DNA of 20,000 nucleotides, taken from contig CP060765.1 of assembly GCA_023205875.1 (NCBI GenBank), positions 604,487 through 624,486 on the forward strand, in the 5' to 3' direction. The stretch is from Chloropicon primus (taxonomy: Eukaryota). The notes under the pieces are model-generated. The model worked only from the letters and a program-made list of their open reading frames with translations, did no database searches and was not told where the DNA came from. A program made the position numbers and the translations under genes. Below are positions 9,625 through 18,484 of the stretch, piece after piece; the first letter of the stretch is position 1; every line of letters begins with the position of its first letter.

Positions 9625-11181
9625 CTATTTGTAGACTCCCGCCAGGACGTGTCTCAGGGTGAACCCAAAGGCGCAGCAGACGAACTGGAAGAAGAGGATC
9701 CTGTTGCACAGCTGCTTCTCGGTGCAGGGCCCGAAGAGCCTGAGGAACAGGGTCACCAGGTTCAGGTTGTACCCCCCGTCCTGCCTCCTGGAGGGGTGGA
9801 GGAGCCCGGTCTCCCTGTCGTACACGGGGAGCCTGTGCCGGGGGCACGGGACGACCTTGAACAGCTGCGGCGTGGAGTACACGAAGTTGATGATCTGGGG
9901 GATGAAGAACACCAGGAGGGTCTCGCTGAAGTGCCCCAGGATGCCGCTCACCGCCAGGGCCATGCCCGCAAAGTACGTGTACGTGTCCCCCACAAAGACC
10001 CTGCTGGGGTAGTAGTTGAACAGGAGGAGCGCCGCGGTCACCGCCACCAGGGGCAGGGTGATGTAAGCGGAGAACAGGTGGGCGTCCCTGACCCTGACGT
10101 CCTCCAGGGTGAGCTCCGGCAGCGCGACGATGGAGCTCAGCTTGGTCACGTTGAACAGGAGGACCGCCCCGGCGATGATGAGGGTCTGCCCCGCCTCCAA
10201 GCCGTTCAGCCCAGCCAGAATGTTGATCGAGTTGGTGCAGAAGACCACGACAAGGACCATGAAGATCTGGTACAGGACGCCCAAGTCCACCAGGGAGCAC
10301 CCCACGAGGTCCCTGAGGGGCAGGGGGATCAAGATCGCCGTGGACCCGGTGTAGGCCGCGATGATGGGCAGGGTCGCCACCGTGGGCAGCACGAGCTTGG
10401 TCCTCCACGGGATGTCCAGCACGTCGTCCGCGAACCCCAGGAAGACCATCAGGGAGATCGACGCCAGCGCGGAGTTGTACTGGATCAGCCACTTCTCCGT
10501 CCAGTCGTCCAGGCCGTGCTGGGGCAGGAGGTAGGACGGCGAGGAGGCCGGGTAGGGAGAGTCGCTGGGGCCGAGGAGGGCGTCCTTGAGGCAGCTCCAC
10601 CACCCCTCGTGGTGCCGCTGGCTCGAGGGCGGCGGCCTGAGGAAGTGCGTGTGGATCACCTGGAACAGGACGATGCAGACGATGTGCACGAGCCCGGTGG
10701 CGAGTCCCAGGGACTCCGGGATCGGTATCTCCCCCCCCTCGGTCCCCCTCTTGTTGATGTCCTTGCCGAAGAGTCCCTTGGCGAGGTTGGCCCTCGCCAC
10801 GACCGGGATGAGTCGCTTGCAGGCGAAGAATCCCACCAGGCTCAGCAGTCCGCTGCACACGATGCTTTCCTTCTCCCTGGAGGGTTTGAATCCCCCCATG
10901 GCGAGCGCCAGTACTGCGGGCAGGAGTGCAAGTGCCACGATCACCCCCACGTCCCTCGTCCTCTCCCCACACGTCCTCACGTCCGCTTCCCCCTGAACCT
11001 TCCCCTCGTTGTCGTTGTTGTTGTTGTTGTTGTTGTTCTCCTCCTGGTGTTTGTTGTTTGTTGTTGTTTTTCGTTGGTTGTCCATCCTGTTTTTCCTGTT
11101 AGTCCTGGCCCTCCTGGGTGGCACGGGCGGCGAAGGCGACCTCGTCCTCGTCCTCGTCCTCATCCTCATCCTCGTCCTCAT
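9625..11181 (-). CDS. DPAGT1: UDP-GlcNAc:dolichyl-phosphate GlcNAc-1-phosphotransferase (ALG7/GPT/DPAGT1)
   Basis: Motifs LFGKDINK, IPESLG, FLGFADDVLDIPWRTKL, VFCTNSINILAGLNGLEAGQ, YPSRVFVGDTYTYFAG, GILGHFSETL, PQIINF and CPRHRLP. The start is uncertain (11181 or a later ATG such as 11085). Confidence 0.95.
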   Translation of the reverse strand: MRTRMRMRTRTRTRSPSPPVPPRRARTNRKNRMDNQRKTTTNNKHQEENNNNNNNNDNEGKVQGEADVRTCGERTRDVGVIVALALLPAVLALAMGGFKPSREKESIVCSGLLSLVGFFACKRLIPVVARANLAKGLFGKDINKRGTEGGEIPIPESLGLATGLVHIVCIVLFQVIHTHFLRPPPSSQRHHEGWWSCLKDALLGPSDSPYPASSPSYLLPQHGLDDWTEKWLIQYNSALASISLMVFLGFADDVLDIPWRTKLVLPTVATLPIIAAYTGSTAILIPLPLRDLVGCSLVDLGVLYQIFMVLVVVFCTNSINILAGLNGLEAGQTLIIAGAVLLFNVTKLSSIVALPELTLEDVRVRDAHLFSAYITLPLVAVTAALLLFNYYPSRVFVGDTYTYFAGMALAVSGILGHFSETLLVFFIPQIINFVYSTPQLFKVVPCPRHRLPVYDRETGLLHPSRRQDGGYNLNLVTLFLRLFGPCTEKQLCNRILFFQFVCCAFGFTLRHVLAGVYK

Positions 11182-11732
11182 GGTCTCCCCCCGGAGTCCT
11201 CGTCCTCCTCCTCGTCCTGGTTGTCCTGGTTGGGGTCGTGTTTTTAGGTTTTCATGTATTTAGGTTTTGTTGTGGGGAGATATTTCTTGTTCGTTGAGTG
11301 AGTTGACCTCCTAGATATTTATGACACGAGGGAGGGGAGAAAGAAAACCACCTCAGCAAAGAAACAAAGACAGAAGGGGCAACAACACGCAACAGACACC
11401 ATCACGACAACGACAACGAACAACGAACAACAACACGGGGGGGGACGGAAACAAACACACACACACACACGACCATAGGACCAACCAACAACACGACGAC
11501 ACGACGACGACGTCGAAGAGGAAGAAAAGAGTCACGACACGGGACAGGGACAGGATACAACCTCCTCGATCCAACCACTGTACGACGTGACGGAGGGAGG
11601 GACGGGACTGAACCCGGGGAAACAGACAAGAAACAACACAACGCAACACACGAAGAGACGCGACGCGCGGAAAAGGAACACGAGGAAACGCAGACCGGGC
11701 GCTTGCTTGCTTACTTGGTCTTCAAGAGAAGG

Positions 11733-14303
11733 ATGGAGCTGAGGGCGGAGGAGGAGAGGGGCTTTGGCCCGCCACCTCCTCTCCAGGACAAGAACGAGAA
11801 CGAGAAGGAGAACAAGGGAAACAACGAGAAGGAGAATGAGGACAAGATGCTGCTGGGAACGAGGAAGAGGGACGCGGACGAGGCAACCACCTCGGGGGAG
11901 AAGAAACCGGCCGCCAACCCGTCGTCGGCCTTCTCGCCCAGGAGTCACCACCGCCAGCAGGAGCAAGATCCTCGCGGCGACTCGCGACGAAAGCAGGCGG
12001 ACGTGGTGTTCTCGGCGAACCAGTGCAGCAGCAAGACGACGACGGCGAGGGCGACGACGAAGAAGAAGGAGGAGGAGGTTCGCCGCCACCGGGACTCGTG
12101 CCCTGCTGCCGCTCGGCAGGGATCTGGAAGGGCTTCCGCCTCCGGAGGTGGTCACCACAACCCCCGATCTTCGTCGTCCGTGTACATCGCCTCCCTGGGG
12201 TGCCGGAGGCCGTACCCGACGTGCTGCGACCTGTACTACAGCTCGGACAAGAGCGACTCGGACGACCTCCCGGAGCCGGCGCTGTCGCTCCTGTCCAGCA
12301 GCAATCAGAGCGCGCGCACGACCGAGCAGTGCAGGAAGAGGCTCGGGCAGGACCAGGCTCAGGCTCACAACAAGAGCAGCAAGCTCATGAGAACGGCGAC
12401 CGCCGGCGCGGGGGCCGGGACCGTCGCCGTGGCCGCCACCCTGGAGTGCCTCAGCGAGGAGCTCCTGCACAAGATCGTGTGCCACCTGGACCCCAAGAGC
12501 GTGAGCAGCATGAGGTGCACCAACAGGCACTTTCGGCAGATCGTCGACAGGGAGGACGGCCAGGTGTGGAGGGAGGCCATGCGGAACTACTGCGGGGACC
12601 CGTGCGCCTCGCACCTTTGCGAAAAGTACCTCGGCAAGTCCCCCAAGGGGACCTCCGCCTGCGGGGAGGCCAGGGACCTGGCGAGGAAGCTCGTGACGCT
12701 CGAGAACCTGAGGTGGACCAAGAGGACCGTGGGGGGCAAGGTGGAGCCCACCAGGTGCAACTTCTCCTCGTGCGCGGTGGGGCAGAAGATCGTGATCTTC
12801 GGGGGGGACCACGGGCAGCACGCCCTGAACGACACGTACGTCCTGGACCTGACCGAGGACCGACGCGACTTGACCCCGAGCAAGAGCCCCGGGTGGAAGC
12901 GCCTGCACATGAGGAGGTCCCCCCCCGGGAGGTTTGGCCACACCATCAGGGCCCTGAACGACCACATGTGCGTCCTGTTCGGGGGCTGCGGCAACAACGG
13001 CCTGTTCAACGACTGCTACCTGCTCGACCTCAACGACAAGGAGCCCCAGTGGAGGCAGGTGGTGACCCACCCCAAGCCCGCAGGCGAAGGCCCGATGATG
13101 GAGGCGGAGGAGGCGGATGACTACCTCCTCGGGGGGAGGGACTACTTGCAGGGCGGCGCGAGGGCCGGCGAGGCGCCGGGGGAGGTCAACGTCCCCGTGG
13201 AGAGGGTGTGGCACGCGGCCTGCATGGTGCAGCAGAGCAAGCTGGTGGTCTTCGGGGGCTGCGACAACGTCGGGAAGCTTCTTGACGACATGCACATCCT
13301 CGACCTCTCCCCCCTCCTGTCCTCCAAGGGGAGCAGGGAGGCTGGGGCGGACGGGAGCAAGAGGGGGACGCCGCCGAGCAGTGGGAGCTCCAGGCCTCCG
13401 ACGATTCAGCAGCACGCCGAGGTCGCCCCGGAGCAGCAGCACCAGGAGGGCCAGCAGCACAGGCAGCAACCGCCTGTGCAGGGCGTGACCTCCCCCGACT
13501 GGAGGGAGGTGGCCCCGCCCTCCCAGGGCCCGGGGGTGCTGAAGCCGAGCAAGGGCAAGAAGCCCGCGCTGGTGGATCAGCTCCAGTTGGACAACACGGC
13601 GGCGACCACGAGGGTGGCGGCGATGAGGACGACCCAGCACCAGGAGGGCGAGGCCGAGGCCGGCACCCTCCTTCGCTGGAGGAAGGTGGAGACGGGAAGC
13701 GGCTTCAAGCCTCCCGCGAGGATCGGCCACTCCCTCGTCGTCCTGCAGGAGGAGGGGACCAAGGTCATGGTGTTCGGGGGGATCGCGAACGTGGGCCCAG
13801 TCCGAGCGAGGGACAACTCGGCCTTCGTGATCGACATCGCGGCCAAGGAGCCCAAGTGGGTCCCGGTCGGCCGCACGCCCGAGGCCCAGCACCGCAACAA
13901 GCAGGTCTCCGGAGCCGCTCCGCACCAGCACCACCGGGAGCACAGCAGGGGTCGCCACGGTTCCAGCAACCTTCCCTTGCCCTCCCCTCGGCTCGACCAC
14001 GTGTGCTGGAAGCTGCCGGGGGACAGGCAGATCGTCTTTGGCGGCTCCGCTTCGGTCTTCGGCAAGGGGAGCCAGAGCGACCACAGGGGCATGTTTTTGC
14101 TGAACGGCGAGGCCCAGGACCAAGGCAAGTTGACCGCCAGCTGGACCAAGATCGAGACGTCCCAGGCGGGCTGCGAGGGCCCCCAGTCGGCGTGGAACCA
14201 CTGCGCCTGCGTCATGGATCACGGAATGAAGTGCGTCGTTCTCGGCGGGAGCAAGGGTCAGGACTGGCTCGTGAACGAGCTCCACGAGCTCAGCATCATG
14301 TGA
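11733..14303 (+). CDS. F-box/Kelch-repeat protein, ZTL/FKF1/ADAGIO-like, lacking a LOV domain, about 856 aa
   Basis: F-box LECLSEELLHKIVCHLDPKSVSSMRCTNRHFR. The linker LARKLVTLENLRWTKRTVGGKVEPTRCNFSSCAVGQKIVIFGG resembles ZTL (LARELTTLEA..WRK.TVGG.VEPSRCNFSACAVG). Kelch motifs include PPGRFGHT, RVWHAAC, ARIGHSL, PRLDHV and AWNHCACV...VLGG. Confidence 0.8.
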   Translation: MELRAEEERGFGPPPPLQDKNENEKENKGNNEKENEDKMLLGTRKRDADEATTSGEKKPAANPSSAFSPRSHHRQQEQDPRGDSRRKQADVVFSANQCSSKTTTARATTKKKEEEVRRHRDSCPAAARQGSGRASASGGGHHNPRSSSSVYIASLGCRRPYPTCCDLYYSSDKSDSDDLPEPALSLLSSSNQSARTTEQCRKRLGQDQAQAHNKSSKLMRTATAGAGAGTVAVAATLECLSEELLHKIVCHLDPKSVSSMRCTNRHFRQIVDREDGQVWREAMRNYCGDPCASHLCEKYLGKSPKGTSACGEARDLARKLVTLENLRWTKRTVGGKVEPTRCNFSSCAVGQKIVIFGGDHGQHALNDTYVLDLTEDRRDLTPSKSPGWKRLHMRRSPPGRFGHTIRALNDHMCVLFGGCGNNGLFNDCYLLDLNDKEPQWRQVVTHPKPAGEGPMMEAEEADDYLLGGRDYLQGGARAGEAPGEVNVPVERVWHAACMVQQSKLVVFGGCDNVGKLLDDMHILDLSPLLSSKGSREAGADGSKRGTPPSSGSSRPPTIQQHAEVAPEQQHQEGQQHRQQPPVQGVTSPDWREVAPPSQGPGVLKPSKGKKPALVDQLQLDNTAATTRVAAMRTTQHQEGEAEAGTLLRWRKVETGSGFKPPARIGHSLVVLQEEGTKVMVFGGIANVGPVRARDNSAFVIDIAAKEPKWVPVGRTPEAQHRNKQVSGAAPHQHHREHSRGRHGSSNLPLPSPRLDHVCWKLPGDRQIVFGGSASVFGKGSQSDHRGMFLLNGEAQDQGKLTASWTKIETSQAGCEGPQSAWNHCACVMDHGMKCVVLGGSKGQDWLVNELHELSIM

Positions 14304-14488
14304 GCTCCCAGGAGGCAAGGCAAAGGAGAGGAGGAAAGAAAATGGCAAGCAAACGAATACTTTGTACCTTTATATATATTTTTTTTTGGTTCTAATTGCA
14401 TCTTTATTGGCTTGGTTTCTCTAGCGAGCTTTTAGCTCTCTCTGTCTCTGTCTCTCTCTAGGTGTTGCTCAGGCCCAGCCCCCCTGGA

Positions 14489-15380
14489 CTAGACCTCCTC
14501 GGGGGTTTTGCACGACATTCCGTCTACCGCGTGAACGGCCTCCTGGAGCTCCTCCCAGATGGCCTTGTAGACCAGCCTCTGCCTCTGCACGCTGGTCTTG
14601 CCCTCGAACACCCTGCTGACCACCTCGATGTACACGTGGCTGCCGTCCCCAGACGCGTCCGTCACCGATACCCTCTCTCCCTCGTCGTTCCCGGGGTTCA
14701 AGCCCGCGGAGATCTTCTCCGTCATGCTGTTCATCAGATCCTCCGTGATTTGCCCGCTCCGGTCATCCCCGGCACTCGTCGCCAGCCAGCCCCTCTGCCT
14801 CAACCCAGTTGTGGTGGTGGGTGACCGCCCCCGCGGCGACGACCTCTTCCTCGAGCCTCTGCCCGCCCCCAGGTCCCCACCCAAGACCCCTTTCGAATGC
14901 AAGAGGAAAGCGCAACAGAGAGAGAGAGAGAGCAAGTGGTGAGAAGGCGGACGACGCGCAGGCGGGGAGTCAGGCAGGTGGTCTGACCACCTGCCTTCCT
15001 TCCCGCAGTTGTTGCTTGTTCGAGTGGTTTGGAGGATTTTGGTTCTGTCCGCCCTCCCCGCCCTCCCGGTGCCTTCCCGGCAACACCCGCCGCGCGTGCG
15101 AGGCGCCGCGAGCGCGCCGTTCGAGGTCCGGGTCCGTGCGACCGAGCGGCGAGGAGAAGCAGTGGTCGGTTTACTCTTGGGACAAAGCCATTTGATCTCA
15201 AGCCATTTCCGCCTGGACGGCGAACGGCGTGGAAATTGGTAAAAGTGCCCCGTGTTTGTTCTTTTTTCTTTCGTTTTTCCCGCGCGAGTGCGAGTGCGAG
15301 TGCTCACCTTTGTGCTCCCCTCTGATGCGTCCTGGTCCTCCCCCGGTGGCCCCTCGCTTGGTGGCGAACGACGCCAACAT
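14489..15380 (-). CDS. BolA-family protein (BolA4-like, organelle-targeted), minimal model complement(join(14489..14889,15308..15380)), 157 aa
   Basis: BolA core [59 protein letters not shown]. Exon 1 from ATG 15380 (MLASFATKR...) ends at AAG|GTGAGC. The acceptor (CT-rich tract, AAAG) ends at 14890. Both sites are phase 1. The family call is strong; the exon model is less certain. Confidence 0.8.
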
Positions 15381-15597
15381 CCTCCTCTCCTCTGTCCTTT
15401 TCCTCGGCTCGGGGCCGCCAAAATCCAAAAGGAGGAGCCCGCCTTCTTGGCCAGAGCAGAGCAGAGGATCAGGAGTAACAGAGAAACGAAAGGCCTTGTC
15501 TTGTCGTCATGCAATGCAATGCAAGGGTGGAAACCAAGGCAAGAACGAGGGCTTCAGAGCAAGATGGCAACGACGATCCAGGGACGGTGGTCCTCAG

Positions 15598-16692
15598 TCA
15601 ATCCTCGTCCAAGTGGAGAGAAAGGGACGCGCCGAGGCCACCGCCCGTGGCTGACATGAGTCTTGACACGCGCAGCCTTTCCTCCATTTGGTCCACCTCC
15701 TCCTTCAAGGAGATGGTCTTGGCCCGGGCCCTGATCACCTGGAGCCTTCTCTCGGAGGCTCGGCCCGTCGTGGCGTAGCTGGGAAGATCCCCCCGGCCGG
15801 CCGGGAAAGGCAGAAGCTCCACGAGTCTCACGTAGGAAAAGACCTTCTTGTTGCCGTACCGGACCACCTCCGCCTCCCCCAAGGAGGGGCTGTCGCAGTT
15901 GTCGGCCTCGTTCCAGGCCACGACCCTGGCGATGGCTTTCCTCCACTCTCCCCCCCGCCCCTCCTTGCTCGTTCTTCGTCTGGGAAAGTGCTCGTGGTTC
16001 AGAAGGCACTCCTCGACCGTGTCGTAGACGTAAAACCCTCCGGCGTGGTTGGCCCTCGCCTCGCTGTAAAGGGTCACGCCCTTCCTGTACTCGGTCTCCC
16101 CGTCGAACACGGAGAAGCAAGTGTCGTGCGACGCGTGCGACTGGGAGTCCTCGCGCTCCACCCCGACCCTGCACGGGTCTTGGCTCTCCCCCTCCCCCTC
16201 CCCCTGGCGTCGCAACTGCCTTCGTCCTCGTCGTCGTTCGTCTTCCTCCTCGTCCTCGTCGCCGTCGCGGGCCCCTCTCTCCTTGACCGGAACCCGGACG
16301 ATCTTGTAGTACGCCTTGGCCCCGGCGGGGGGCTCCCTGCTGGAGAAGACCGGCCTGGACGCCCTCTGCCTCGCCCACTCCCCCACCCCGCCGCAGTACT
16401 CGGACCTGGTCTCTAGCCGCCCGGTACTGGATGCAAGACCCACGAGGTCGTAGCCCAGGATGCTCGCCAGAGGGCCCGGCGGCGCCTCCTCGACCTTCTT
16501 CTCCGATCCCCACAAGCCCTCGAAGCTCAGACCGTTCTCCTTGCCGAGGTTATCGTAGCTATTGCACAGCCTTTGGTCCCTGCTTCCGTTGTTCCTCCTC
16601 TCCTCCGTTCGTATCTTCTTGGTCACCTCCTCGAGTATGGCGCGGGACACGTCCTTGGTGAAGTCCACCGCACCGTCCTGCCCCCCCTCCAT
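15598..16692 (-). CDS. Uncharacterised protein, about 364 aa, with a globular-looking YYKIV...SVFDGETEY..G......NHAGGFYVY domain
   Basis: Coding-like codon usage. Probable ATG at 16692 (MEGGQDG) directly after an acceptor-like TCTCAG. The upstream part of the ORF is low-complexity. No function can be assigned. Confidence 0.65.
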   Translation of the reverse strand: MEGGQDGAVDFTKDVSRAILEEVTKKIRTEERRNNGSRDQRLCNSYDNLGKENGLSFEGLWGSEKKVEEAPPGPLASILGYDLVGLASSTGRLETRSEYCGGVGEWARQRASRPVFSSREPPAGAKAYYKIVRVPVKERGARDGDEDEEEDERRRGRRQLRRQGEGEGESQDPCRVGVEREDSQSHASHDTCFSVFDGETEYRKGVTLYSEARANHAGGFYVYDTVEECLLNHEHFPRRRTSKEGRGGEWRKAIARVVAWNEADNCDSPSLGEAEVVRYGNKKVFSYVRLVELLPFPAGRGDLPSYATTGRASERRLQVIRARAKTISLKEEVDQMEERLRVSRLMSATGGGLGASLSLHLDED

Positions 16693-17161
16693 CTCCCCTG
16701 AGACGAAAACCGTCCCTTGAGAAAGTGTTCTTGTGCAAGTCTTGTACTGGCAAGCCCCGTCCCTTGAGGCCTTGAGACTCTCCTTCCTTCTTGTTGTTGT
16801 TTGTTGTTGTCGTGTTGTCGTGTTGTTCCTTGTTATCTGTTCCTTGTTGTTTGTTTCCCTGGCCCCCTGGCCCCCTGGCCCCCTCCCTCTGTCCTCCTCC
16901 TCCCTCTGTCCTCCACCTCCTCCTTGCCTTGCCTTGGTTGGGTTGGGTTCTGTCCCCTGGAGTTTTAAAGGGGGCCTCCCGGCCAAGATCATGATCTTGG
17001 GTGCAAAGTAGTACACTCATCTTGGGATGGGGCGCTCATCCCATGGAAACGAAAAGAAGAGAAGAGAAGAGAAGAGAAGAGAGAGAGAGGGTTGACCAGG
17101 AACGAACGAACGAAGGCCAAGGCCAAGGAGGAGCGGTGGAGATACCAACACACACACAAGG

Positions 17162-18484
17162 ATGGTGAGCGGAGGGGTGAAGGTGTACAACAGGGACCTG
17201 CTTCAAGAGGTGTGCCAGGCAGGGGACCACGACCTCACGCAAGGGGGACCTGGAACGAACGAAGGGGAGAGCTCCAGCTTCAGCATTCAGGGAGGAGAAC
17301 TGGGTGGTTTGGGGTCGGACTACGAGTCTTCGAGCTTGGTGTCCCTCGGGGGCCGAGGAAGCGGAAAGGATGCGGATCAGGGGCAGGGAGGGGCCAATGA
17401 CAGGTTCTTCGCGGCGAACCTGGCCGGGGCGGACGGAGCGGAGAAGGTGGGGGGACCGAGCGGGAGCGGGAGGGCGAAGAAGAGGGAGGAACCGGCGAGT
17501 GGGGGCGTGGGGAGGAGCCTCGGTGGTGGGATGGGCAAGATCGGTGGGATGGACGAGGGCAAGTCCACCAAGCTGCAGACCATTGCCGCCAACGAGGAGA
17601 GGTACAGGCAGATGCACGAGAAGGCCAGGAGGGAGGCCGAGAGGCGGATCCAGGAGAACGCCAAGCGAAGGGAGCTCCAGTTCAACGAGATGTTCGCCAA
17701 CGTCCAGAACGGCATTGACAGGAAGAGCGGCATCCTGAAGGAGGTGGACCAGCTGGTGGAGCAGAGCGACCGCTCCAAGGACAAGCGGGCGAGGGCCTTG
17801 TACCAGTCCTGGAACGAGCAGGTGTACAACAACATCCAGAAGCAGATCCAGGACCAGCTGAGCGCCCTGACGACGGAGGAGATCGAGGCCAGGCTCAACA
17901 GGAAGTACGACGCGTTCTTGCTGGCTTCGAACCAGAAGGCGGGGGTGTTCATGAACAACCCCTCGTCCACGACCACCCAGTACAACGTCGCGGGGATGAC
18001 GACCACCACGGCGAGGGTGGGCGGCGGACCCGAGGAGGTGTCCAAGGGAGACATCAAGGTGCGAACGGCCAACCTGCACGACCCCTTGAAGAGGAGCCTT
18101 CTCAAGATCAAGGAGGAGAAGAGCATCTACGACGGGAGGGGCGGCGGGCTCGAGGCAGAGAGGGAGGAGCTCGGCAGGGAGTGCCTCGACACCACGCTGT
18201 GGGGGGAGGAGATGCTCCAGACGACCCCTTACGGCCACATCCTCAAGGAGTACTACGACCCGGCCCTGGAGAGCAAGCTCCACATGAACCACTTCCAGTA
18301 CCCAAAGGGCAACAAGGTCGCCTTCGAGAACTTCCCCAAGGGGAAGAGGGAGAAGCCCAGCCAGAGCGAGAGGGCCAAGGCCATGTTCCACTTGGTCGGC
18401 CACACCTGCAAGGAGCAGCCCGGAGTCACCGGTGGCGACATGTGGCTCGAGGCCAAGGGAAAGCAGAGAAGGAGCCACGAATGA
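17162..18484 (+). CDS. FAM228-like coiled-coil protein, 440 aa
   Basis: ILKEVDQ...KRARALYQSWNEQVYNNIQKQI...YDAFLLASNQKAGVF...LHDPLK resembles the FAM228A/B core as I recall it. High GC3, TGTAA at 18546. The CDS is confident; the family call is moderate. Confidence 0.6.
   Translation: MVSGGVKVYNRDLLQEVCQAGDHDLTQGGPGTNEGESSSFSIQGGELGGLGSDYESSSLVSLGGRGSGKDADQGQGGANDRFFAANLAGADGAEKVGGPSGSGRAKKREEPASGGVGRSLGGGMGKIGGMDEGKSTKLQTIAANEERYRQMHEKARREAERRIQENAKRRELQFNEMFANVQNGIDRKSGILKEVDQLVEQSDRSKDKRARALYQSWNEQVYNNIQKQIQDQLSALTTEEIEARLNRKYDAFLLASNQKAGVFMNNPSSTTTQYNVAGMTTTTARVGGGPEEVSKGDIKVRTANLHDPLKRSLLKIKEEKSIYDGRGGGLEAEREELGRECLDTTLWGEEMLQTTPYGHILKEYYDPALESKLHMNHFQYPKGNKVAFENFPKGKREKPSQSERAKAMFHLVGHTCKEQPGVTGGDMWLEAKGKQRRSHE

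Noticed and set aside
10500..10660. Insertion of about 45 aa in a DPAGT1 loop as a retained intron or intein
   Set aside because: It is in frame with coding-like codons and shows no convincing splice or intein motifs. Low-complexity insertions occur in most proteins in this window.
14489..15514. 341-aa single-exon BolA ORF
   Set aside because: Its N-terminal part runs through clear splice signals and a (CT)n tract, so the spliced model is more plausible.
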